Part shown: positions 46,894 to 54,194 of the stretch, piece after piece | Numbering within the stretch: the stretch's first letter is position 1 | Layout of the letters: every line of letters starts with the position of its first letter | NCBI GenBank assembly: GCA_964396055.1 | Contig: CAYNDV010000003.1 | Span: 14,423 to 78,422 of the forward strand | Direction: 5' to 3' | Source of the DNA: an uncultured Vicinamibacterales bacterium | GTDB lineage: Bacteria; Acidobacteriota; Vicinamibacteria; Vicinamibacterales; JAKQTR01 | DNA length: 64,000 nt | Notes under the pieces: generated by a model | What the model saw: the letters and a program-made list of their open reading frames with translations, nothing else | Told to the model about the DNA's origin: nothing | The model's database searches: none | Position numbers and translations under genes: made by a program

Positions 46894-47688
46894 ATGAAGA
46901 AGCTGCTGTGCCTCGTGCTAGTGGCCCTGGTGTGGGCCGCGCCGGCATCCGGCCAGAACACCACCGTGCCGCTCACCGGACCGTGCGCCGATGTCGTGGC
47001 CCTGCAGAGAGCCCTCGACCGCGACGAGGGCATCCTGCGCGACTGGCCGAACCTGGGCCGCTTCCGCGAAGCCAATCAGGAACTGCCGCCACCCGCGCCG
47101 GGTCAGGCACGCGTCGTGTTCCTGGGTGACTCGATCACCGACAACTGGAACAACGCCGGGTTCGGCGGCTTCTTCCCGGGCAAGCCGTACATCAACCGCG
47201 GCATCAGCGGCCAGACGACGCCGCAGATGCTGCTGCGCTTCCGCCACGACGTGATCGCACTGAAGCCCGCCGCCGTCGTCATCCTGGCCGGCACCAACGA
47301 CATCGCCGGCAACACCGGCCCGATGTCCCTGGAGATGATCCAGGACAACTTCGCAACGATGGGTGAACTCGCCAGGGCCCACGGCATCCGCTTCGTGATC
47401 GCCTCCGTGCTGCCCATCCACGACGCCGGGCGCGGCGCCGACGGGAACCCCGTGGTGCAGTCACGCCGCCGGCCGCCGGAGAAGATCAACGCCCTCAATG
47501 CCTGGCTGGCCGACTTCGCGAAACGCGCCGGGCACGTCTACCTCGATTACGCGTCGGCGTTGACCGACGCGCAGGGCTTCCTCAAGTCGGACCTGGCGGA
47601 TGACGGCCTGCATCCGAACGCGAAGGGGTACGCGGTGATGGTCCCGCTGGTGGAGCAGGCGATCCAACAGGCGCTGCAGAAGCGCTGA
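46894..47688 (+). CDS. SGNH/GDSL-family hydrolase (probable carbohydrate esterase)
   Basis: In-frame ATG at 46894 gives signal peptide MKKLLCLVLVALVWAAPASG. Block I is VVFLGDSITDNW, followed by GISGQT, GTNDI and DGLHPNAKGY. Confidence 0.85.
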   Translation: MKKLLCLVLVALVWAAPASGQNTTVPLTGPCADVVALQRALDRDEGILRDWPNLGRFREANQELPPPAPGQARVVFLGDSITDNWNNAGFGGFFPGKPYINRGISGQTTPQMLLRFRHDVIALKPAAVVILAGTNDIAGNTGPMSLEMIQDNFATMGELARAHGIRFVIASVLPIHDAGRGADGNPVVQSRRRPPEKINALNAWLADFAKRAGHVYLDYASALTDAQGFLKSDLADDGLHPNAKGYAVMVPLVEQAIQQALQKR

Positions 47689-47748
47689 TCAGGCGAGGGC
47701 GGCAGCCGCGGCCGAAGCGCCGCCACGCATCGCGGGCGGGCTGTTGGC

Positions 47749-48444
47749 CTACTGGTACTGGAAGTTCGCGCAGGGCACGAGCGTCTCGAGGACCTCCCAC
47801 TTGGCGCTCGATCGCATCCCGCCCATGAGTTCGACGTCCGGCAGTTGCCGTGTGTCGCCCATGCGGTTCAGCTTGACGCTGCCGCTGTACTGCGAGCGGC
47901 TGAAGATCTGGAGCAGTTGCGGGATCGACGTCCCGTAATCCGACGAGGAACCCGGCCGTCCGCCCTCGCACCGCACCTGGTAGGTCACGGGCGGAGCCGT
48001 GGGCTGGGTCTTCATCAGCATGTCGAACTGGTCCGACACCGACGTCACCTTCTGGTTGGCGTCTTCGGCCACCACCAGGTCGACGCCGAGGCTCGCCCAC
48101 ACCGTGAACGGCCGCGGCGTCATCGCCTCCGCCGACAGCGTGTTGGTGCAGTCCCGCGCGCCGCCGAAGGCGTAGCTCCTGAGGCGCGTCAACGTGACGG
48201 TGTTCTGCTGGTAGCGGACCTCGCCCCCCTGCTCCGGGAAGATGAGGTCCATCTTGAATGCGCCTTCCGCAGCGTTGACGGTGCCCCGGAATCCCGGTTT
48301 CGGCGCTGGCGTGACCACGATCGTGCCGGTCAACTGCACCCGGCGGCACCGCGCGCCCGCCTGCCCGTCGACGTCGGCCGGCGCCAGCCACGCCAGAAAT
48401 GCCGCCATCACCACCGCTGCTGTCGCCGCGCGTCCGAACGCCAT
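47749..48444 (-). CDS. Secreted hypothetical protein (231 aa, 4 Cys)
   Basis: In-frame ATG at 48444 gives MAFGRAATAAVVMAAFLAWLAPADV. The remainder of the 482-aa track ORF is Arg/Pro-rich junk. No family recognised. Confidence 0.5.
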   Translation of the reverse strand: MAFGRAATAAVVMAAFLAWLAPADVDGQAGARCRRVQLTGTIVVTPAPKPGFRGTVNAAEGAFKMDLIFPEQGGEVRYQQNTVTLTRLRSYAFGGARDCTNTLSAEAMTPRPFTVWASLGVDLVVAEDANQKVTSVSDQFDMLMKTQPTAPPVTYQVRCEGGRPGSSSDYGTSIPQLLQIFSRSQYSGSVKLNRMGDTRQLPDVELMGGMRSSAKWEVLETLVPCANFQYQ

Positions 48445-48500
48445 CTTGGCCCGCTCCCCCGCGCCGGGCCTGGGCCGTCCCGGCGCAAGCGGATCATAGA

Positions 48501-50741
48501 TCAGAACGTCCAGGCGTACCCGATCTTGGCGAACACGGTCCGGTCCTGCTGGACGAGGACGTCCGGATCGACGCCCTCGCGGGTGTCCGTGTAGCCGAGG
48601 AAGAAGACGGTGCGCGGATTCACCTTGTAGGACAGGAGCATCTGCGTGAACGTACCGGCAAACGATCGGTCGCGGCCGTCGGCGTAGCGCGCCGGATCGT
48701 ACGTGTAGTCCGTGAACTGGACCGTGCCGCGGACGAAGAAGCGCGACGTGAACTGCCAGGTCAGACGCACGTCGGCCATGCGCGCGTCGTACAACTGCCC
48801 CTCGTCGACCCGCATACGTTCCCAGGTCGGTGCAACCGCCAGCTGCAGGCGGCGCCCGAGGCGCTGCTGCAGTTCGCCCTGCAGCCGCGTCCGTTCTCCG
48901 GGCCTGGCCTGGGCGTAGTCGATGCGATCGCCAAGCCAGAGGTTGATGAAGTAGCTGGTGGCGCCGGTCGGCTGTCCGCAGTGGTGCACGTACCACGTCG
49001 TCTGGTCGAAGACCTGCCCGCCATACGCCTCGCGCTTCCGGGTGAACTGGACGCCGATGTGGGACTGCAGCGGACCCTGGTAGTTGGCCCCGGCGATGGC
49101 GGTGCGCACCAGGAAGCTGCCGCGCTGTGTCTGATCGTGCGTCACGTCGGCAAAGACGTTGATGTTCGTGAACCACGTGCGCGCACCGGGCAGCCATTGA
49201 TAGCGGGCGTAGCCCCGCGCGCGCTGGTAGTCCACCTGCGGCATGAAGCCGAGGTCGGCCCGGAACCCGTCCCCAACGGACGAATACGAGGCTGTCGCGT
49301 ACACGTGGCGCGTGGAGCGGATGTAGGACACCGTGGCGGCCGCGTCACTGAAGGCTCCGTCCGGCTGCCGATACCGGAACGCGACCGGCGCGGGATACGT
49401 GGTGGTCGAGCCGAGCACCTGGAACGACACCCGGTCCTTGCGCGTGAACCGCAGGTTGCCATCCACGCCGGCCACCCGGTTCGAGTAGTCGCCGCCTTCG
49501 CGCACCGTGGCCATGGCGCCCACGGTGTACTGCGTGCCGATGTCGTGCTTGTAGCGGAAGACGCCGGAGGTGGACGCCTGGTCCAGCGTCGCGGCGGCCG
49601 AACCCTGGCTGCCGGGGATGATCAGGTTCGTGATGTCGTCGCGGACCGAGAAGGCCCCCACGGTCTCGCGGCCGATCTTCCCGGTCAGCTTCGCGCCCCA
49701 CGCGGGCTCACGCAGGGTCCTGGTGTACACCGCCGTGAATGGCGTCGAGAAATAGTCCGACGCCTCCATGAAGAAGGGGCGCTTCTCGGGATACGCCAGC
49801 GCGAACGGCTCGTTGATGTCCAGTTGCAGCGCGTCAGCCTCCACCTGCGAGAAGTCGGGGTTCACGGTGCCGCTGAACACGAGGTTCGGCGTGATGCCCC
49901 AGCGGCCGGACACCCCGGCTTCCGCGTCCCGATCGGGCTCACCCAGGCCGGCGTCCACGCTCCCTTCGCGGGTGGCCGTGCTGACGCCCGTCACCGTGGG
50001 CGCCAGCTCGATGTTCCTGCCGGGCTTGATGCCCTCGAACCCCGAGATCCTGATCGCCTGGCAGAGGTAGCAGTTGTTGTTGCGGTCACGGGAAAAGGCG
50101 CCCATCTGCCGGAAGATCGTCCGCGGGTATCCGCGGATCGCGTCGAAGCCCCACACCTGCGGGCCGTCCACACGCTGGAAGCTCAGGCTCGAGAACGGCA
50201 CCTTGAACTCGGCGGCCCATCCCCAGTCGGTGATCCGCGCGGCGGAGTGCCAGATCCCGTCCCATTCCTGGCTGTCGGCGTTGGTCACCTCGATGTTGTC
50301 GATCTGCACGCCGAGCGGGTTGACCAGCAGCAGATAGTCGCGGCGCTGATCGTTGAAGGTGTCGAGGACGATGCCGATCCAGTCGTCGCCCCAGGCGTTG
50401 TCGCGATCGGCCAGGTGGGCGCGAATGGCGCCGGGGTCCGGATCGTAAGCCCGGAACCCGACGTACAGCGCCTCCCGGTCGTAGGTGAGCAGCACGACCG
50501 TCCTGACCGGGGCGGGCGTGTTCTCGCCCGGCGTCACCTCGACCGGCAGATCCTGCGACCAGGCCGTCTCCCAGGCGGCTTCGTCCAGGACCCCATCGAT
50601 GCGGATGGGCTGCGTGGTGGTGCGGATCTCGTGGAGCGCGGGTGCCGGCGCAGGCGGGTCTGCCGCCCGCCGGGCTGGGCCCGCTCCCGCCACCGGTGCC
50701 GCCGCCAGGAAGACCAGGAGTGCTGTCAGGACCGAGCGCAT
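48501..50741 (-). CDS. CBM9-like/DUF5916 domain protein (predicted outer-membrane-associated)
   Basis: In-frame ATG at 50741 gives signal peptide MRSVLTALLVFLAAAPVAGA. The CBM9-like N-terminus is IRIDGVLDEAAWE...YDREALYVGFRAYD...DDWIGIVLDTFND. The protein is long and beta-rich, and ends in GYAWTF. Confidence 0.65.
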   Translation of the reverse strand: MRSVLTALLVFLAAAPVAGAGPARRAADPPAPAPALHEIRTTTQPIRIDGVLDEAAWETAWSQDLPVEVTPGENTPAPVRTVVLLTYDREALYVGFRAYDPDPGAIRAHLADRDNAWGDDWIGIVLDTFNDQRRDYLLLVNPLGVQIDNIEVTNADSQEWDGIWHSAARITDWGWAAEFKVPFSSLSFQRVDGPQVWGFDAIRGYPRTIFRQMGAFSRDRNNNCYLCQAIRISGFEGIKPGRNIELAPTVTGVSTATREGSVDAGLGEPDRDAEAGVSGRWGITPNLVFSGTVNPDFSQVEADALQLDINEPFALAYPEKRPFFMEASDYFSTPFTAVYTRTLREPAWGAKLTGKIGRETVGAFSVRDDITNLIIPGSQGSAAATLDQASTSGVFRYKHDIGTQYTVGAMATVREGGDYSNRVAGVDGNLRFTRKDRVSFQVLGSTTTYPAPVAFRYRQPDGAFSDAAATVSYIRSTRHVYATASYSSVGDGFRADLGFMPQVDYQRARGYARYQWLPGARTWFTNINVFADVTHDQTQRGSFLVRTAIAGANYQGPLQSHIGVQFTRKREAYGGQVFDQTTWYVHHCGQPTGATSYFINLWLGDRIDYAQARPGERTRLQGELQQRLGRRLQLAVAPTWERMRVDEGQLYDARMADVRLTWQFTSRFFVRGTVQFTDYTYDPARYADGRDRSFAGTFTQMLLSYKVNPRTVFFLGYTDTREGVDPDVLVQQDRTVFAKIGYAWTF

Positions 50742-50875
50742 ATGCCGCCCCCTCGTGTGGTGGGGGGCGTCACACATGTGGTGAGACGGGATCGCGGCCG
50801 GCGGCGCTGCGAGATTCGGGTTCGAATCTCCTTACGGCAGGCCAGCCCGTGGCGATCCGGCGGCGGCAGACAGGG

Positions 50876-51868
50876 TCAGGGGGCGAAGACGAGGCACAAC
50901 TCCAGGGGCAGCTCCCGGTCGTTGTGCTTCTGCTCGACGAGGATGCGCGCGTGGGGCCCCTGCCAGAGGGCGGCGAAGTCCGCCCACTGGTCCTGCGGGA
51001 AGCCGTGCTCGCCCGACGCGCCGGCGAAGACGGGCTCGCCCAGCAGTGAGCGGGCCGCGTGGACGGCTGACGAGAAGAGCGCCTCGAACTCCCGCTGTTT
51101 CCGATCGAAGGCGGGTTCGTCGAGCAGGTGCGGATCGGGGTGTTCGAGGAGGATGAACTCGATCCACCGCACGCGGGCGCCTTCCGTCATGAGGCGCAGC
51201 GCCGGACGGCCGGGCGCGGCGAACCGTTCTCCCCCGGGTTCGCGGCCCGCCAGCAGATAACCCAGGCCGACGATCTGACGCCTCACACCCGCCGCGTCCC
51301 ACAGCCACGCGGTCGTCCGGTGGCTGGTGAGGAGCGTGAGCAGGTCCGTCACCATCGCGTTGGCGACCAGGCCGGTGGCCGGCGGAGCCAGTTCAGCCGG
51401 GGGCCTTGGAGGCGCAGGCTGGGTCGCCGGCCGCTGCACCGTCTCGGCTGCGGCGACGACGACGGTGAAGGAGGCATCGACCAGGCCTGCCAGGGGCGTG
51501 TCGCCGGTTGACGCGCTGAACGAACCCTTCAAGCCGTTGAAGGTCTGGGCGCTGCGGGCCCGATCGACCTCTCCGGCCGGATACCCTCCCTGGGGCGCCG
51601 GCGTGAAGCCGGGCCACATCACGGCCCAGCCGCGGCCCAGGCGATGGGCTTTCGTGAGGCAGGACAAGGCGATCTCGCCAGCATCGCGCTCCGCCTCGGG
51701 TTCGACAAACAGGTGGTCGCTCAGGCCATGCTCGCGGAAGATGGCGCCGTAGTCGGACGGGCGTTCGATGCGGCTGATCGGCGCCAGTAGTTCTTTGGCA
51801 CGCATCAGGAGATCGTCCTTGGGCACGGAGCTGAAGCCAAGACGCCAGGTGACGGTCGATCGTGCCAT
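50876..51868 (-). CDS. Hypothetical two-domain protein with a Pro-rich linker
   Basis: In-frame ATG at 51868 (MARSTVTWRLGF...). The linker RPATQPAPPRPPAELAPPATG separates two globular halves. No family recognised. Confidence 0.45.
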   Translation of the reverse strand: MARSTVTWRLGFSSVPKDDLLMRAKELLAPISRIERPSDYGAIFREHGLSDHLFVEPEAERDAGEIALSCLTKAHRLGRGWAVMWPGFTPAPQGGYPAGEVDRARSAQTFNGLKGSFSASTGDTPLAGLVDASFTVVVAAAETVQRPATQPAPPRPPAELAPPATGLVANAMVTDLLTLLTSHRTTAWLWDAAGVRRQIVGLGYLLAGREPGGERFAAPGRPALRLMTEGARVRWIEFILLEHPDPHLLDEPAFDRKQREFEALFSSAVHAARSLLGEPVFAGASGEHGFPQDQWADFAALWQGPHARILVEQKHNDRELPLELCLVFAP

Positions 51869-52077
51869 GGGCGTGCCCCCGGGATCGATTACAGGCCGAC
51901 AGTCAGGATGCGGCGGTTCGCGGGAACAGTATACGGTGATCGGGGTCCGGGGCCAGGGCCGGGTATGGCGAGTGCAGGCCCGGGGGCGAGCGGGGGGACG
52001 CCGAGCGGCGGCGCGGGTACAATGATGTGTCGCCCGGCGTGCGCCGCAGGAGCCCGGGCCTGCCGATTCGAGGTTGT

Positions 52078-52653
52078 ATGGCCGCCCTGATTGAAGCAAT
52101 CGCCCTGAAACGCAAGATGTTCTTCGAGTTCGAGAACGCGCCGTTCCACGTCCTCGACGTCGAGGTGTCGACCCCCACGGCGCGCGGCGGCCAGACGCTG
52201 GTGCGCCTGAAGATGCGGAACCTGCTGACGCGGGCGGTCTTCGACAAGACCTTCAAGGCCGGCGAGAAGTTCAAGGAACCCGACCTGTCGGTGGCTCAGG
52301 CCACGTACCTCTACACCGATGGCAGCGGGCATCACTTCATGGATCAGGAAACGTACGACACCCTCACGCTGAACGAGGACATGGTGGGTGACGACCGGTT
52401 CTTCCTGGTGGAGAACCTGCTGGTGCAGGTGCAGAAGTACAACGGCAACCCCATCGGCCTGCAGTTTCCCCCTCACGTCGAACTCACCATCACCTACACC
52501 GAGCCCGGCACGCGCGGCGACACGGCCAGCGGCAGCGTGACGAAGGCGGCGACCCTCGAGACGGGCATGGAGATCCGCGTGCCGCTCTTCATCAAGGAAG
52601 GCGAGAAGGTGAAGGTGCACACCGAGACGCGCGAGTTCGCCGGACGGGCGTAG
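52078..52653 (+). CDS. yeiP: Elongation factor P-like protein EfpL (YeiP)
   Basis: In-frame ATG at 52078. The loop EVSTPTARGGQTLVRLKMRNLLT matches my recollection of the extended Arg-tipped loop (SPTARGAATL) of E. coli YeiP. The C-terminus is TREFAGRA. Confidence 0.8.
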   Translation: MAALIEAIALKRKMFFEFENAPFHVLDVEVSTPTARGGQTLVRLKMRNLLTRAVFDKTFKAGEKFKEPDLSVAQATYLYTDGSGHHFMDQETYDTLTLNEDMVGDDRFFLVENLLVQVQKYNGNPIGLQFPPHVELTITYTEPGTRGDTASGSVTKAATLETGMEIRVPLFIKEGEKVKVHTETREFAGRA

Positions 52654-52746
52654 CTCGGTCACGCCGGGCGCCTTCGCGCGCGAGCACGGCGCCGTGGTGA
52701 TCCCGCTGGGAACCTCGGCCACGACGGTGGAACTGCGGGGGCGGTA

Positions 52747-52814
52747 GGGGCGTGGGACGTGGGGCGTGGGACGTGGGGTTCGTCAGAAGCAAGAAGCAGG
52801 AATCCAGAAGGAAC
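52747..52814 (+). repeat. Composite heptamer-repeat element, copy A: (GGGGCGTGGGACGT)x2+GGGG, then CAGAAGCAAGAAGCAGGAATCCAGAAGGAAC
   Basis: Read directly from the sequence. The G-tracts satisfy G3+N3-4 spacing and so are G-quadruplex-prone. The AAG arm (52784-52802) is the perfect 19-bp inverted partner of 52855-52873. Confidence 0.85.
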
Positions 52815-52833
52815 AACTCGCCCGCTGACAGCG

Positions 52834-52876
52834 TGATCCCTTCTTGCTTCTTGCTTCCTGCTTCTTGCTTCTGTCC
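52834..52876 (-). repeat. Heptamer-repeat element, copy B (AAGAAGC-type arm, inverted)
   Basis: TGATCCCTTCTTGCTTCTTGCTTCCTGCTTCTTGCTTCTGTCC. Forms a 19-bp perfect inverted repeat with copy A, with a 52-nt loop. Confidence 0.85.
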
Positions 52877-52981
52877 CGCACGCACGGGCGCGCCGGACAT
52901 ACGCCAGCGCGCCCGCTCCGCCCTCACCCGCTGCCAGTATCGTGCTGGGTTTCAGCTCGGCAGCGTTGTCAGCGTGACCGC

Positions 52982-53018
52982 GTGATCCCTTCTTGCTTCT
53001 TGCTTCTTGCTTCTGTCA
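52982..53018 (-). repeat. Heptamer-repeat element, copy C
   Basis: GTGATCCCTTCTTGCTTCTTGCTTCTTGCTTCTGTCAG. Overlaps the stop codon (53016-18) of the PEGA gene. Confidence 0.85.
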
Positions 53019-53879
53019 GTACCCGTAGTACCCCGCCCCATAGAGCTGGCCCCGGTACGGAATCACCTGTCCGGGCAGGACGTTCACGTTGAAGCCGACC
53101 GGCTCGTAGCCGGGCGCGTAGAGCTCGATGCGGCGGTAGCCCGCGGCAATCGGCACCGGCTGGCCGCGGAAGTCGCCCGCCACGCCCACGTAAACACCGT
53201 CCACGAACACCTGCGTCTGGGGCGGATCCACCATGAACGCCATGCCGCCGTATGCGACGCCGACCCGCATCGGGTAGTGATACGTGAAGGGCGCCCGCCA
53301 CCCGTAGCTGAAGTGGAAGCGGAACGGCGAGCCGGCGAACACCGAGATGCCCAGGCCGAACCGGATGTGGCTCCGCCACGCGTACGAGCCGTCGTAGCGG
53401 CCGCCGTAGTAACGGTAGTCGTTGCGTCCGTTGCCGTAGCGGCCGTCGTACCGGCTGTCATACCGGGAGTTGCCACGGTTCCGGTCGTCGTACCGGTTGT
53501 CATACCGATAGTCGCCGCGATTCCGCGTGTCGTACCGGTTGTCGTACCCGCCGCTGCGCCCGTCCCGGTTCACGCGCCAGTCGTCACCGCTCCGGCCGCC
53601 GCGGCTGTTGCGATCGTCCTGGCGGCCCGCGTTCCACGACGGAGCGCTGGAGCGGTTGCCGTCGTTGCGCGCCTGGTCCGATCGAGGTTCGGAGCGGCGC
53701 ACGGCGGTGCCGCTGCGCGTGCCGCGGTCCGAGCGGTCCTGCGAATCGGCCCGCGCGGCGCTCTCGTGCGAGCGGCGCCGGCTCTCCTGATCGGCGTCCT
53801 GCGCCCACGCGGCGGTGGCTCCGGTGATGGTGAGCACCGCCAGCATGGCTGCTGCTGTCGTGCTGTGTTGCCGTCTCAT
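53016..53879 (-). CDS. Secreted protein with an R/D/N/Y/G low-complexity region and a C-terminal PEGA domain
   Basis: In-frame ATG at 53879 gives MRRQHSTTAAAMLAVLTITGATAAWAQ. The low-complexity tract is RSGGYDNRYDTRNRGDYRYDNRYDDRNRGNSRYDSRYDGRYGNGRNDYRYYGGRYDG. The PEGA-like segment is VFVDGVYVGV....VPIAAGYRRIELYAPGYEPVGFNVNV. Confidence 0.7.
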   Translation of the reverse strand: MRRQHSTTAAAMLAVLTITGATAAWAQDADQESRRRSHESAARADSQDRSDRGTRSGTAVRRSEPRSDQARNDGNRSSAPSWNAGRQDDRNSRGGRSGDDWRVNRDGRSGGYDNRYDTRNRGDYRYDNRYDDRNRGNSRYDSRYDGRYGNGRNDYRYYGGRYDGSYAWRSHIRFGLGISVFAGSPFRFHFSYGWRAPFTYHYPMRVGVAYGGMAFMVDPPQTQVFVDGVYVGVAGDFRGQPVPIAAGYRRIELYAPGYEPVGFNVNVLPGQVIPYRGQLYGAGYYGY

Positions 53880-54120
53880 GGTGACCCTCCGTGGCGCGCG
53901 GGACCACTCAGGGCAGGCGTCTGTCCCCGGGTCAGGGGGTGCAGCACCGCGCGTCACCATGGAGATAGCAACCTGCCTGCCAGATCCGGATCGCAAAAAT
54001 CTGGCCTGATTTCCGCGATGCATGCGTCAGGGTGATGTTGGTGTCCTGAATTAGAGACGGTCGCGAGGGCCGGCACGGCCCGAGTTCCGGGCTTCGCGCT
54101 CCGCGCTTCGTGTATCGTGC

Positions 54121-54194
54121 CCCTTCTTGCTTCTTGATTCTTGCTTCTGACAATCCCCTACATCCCCTGCCCCAAGCCCCACGTCCCACGTCCC
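54121..54194 (-). repeat. Composite heptamer-repeat element, copy D (full, inverted relative to copy A)
   Basis: CCCTTCTTGCTTCTTGATTCTTGCTTCTGACAATCCCCTACATCCCCTGCCCCAAGCCCCACGTCCCACGTCCC. This reads as a C-rich strand plus a CTT-rich strand. It abuts the stop of the ada-alkA gene. Confidence 0.85.

Noticed and set aside
52078-52653. EF-P homologue with an unusual Arg-tipped extended loop, considered as a novelty
   Set aside because: The loop (STPTARGGQTL) and C-terminus match my recollection of the known EfpL/YeiP paralogue. This is an ordinary housekeeping gene.
53007-54035. 342-aa plus-strand ORF rich in V/A/P
   Set aside because: It is the mirror image of the R/D/N/Y low-complexity tract of the PEGA protein on the minus strand. 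It has no start context or motifs.
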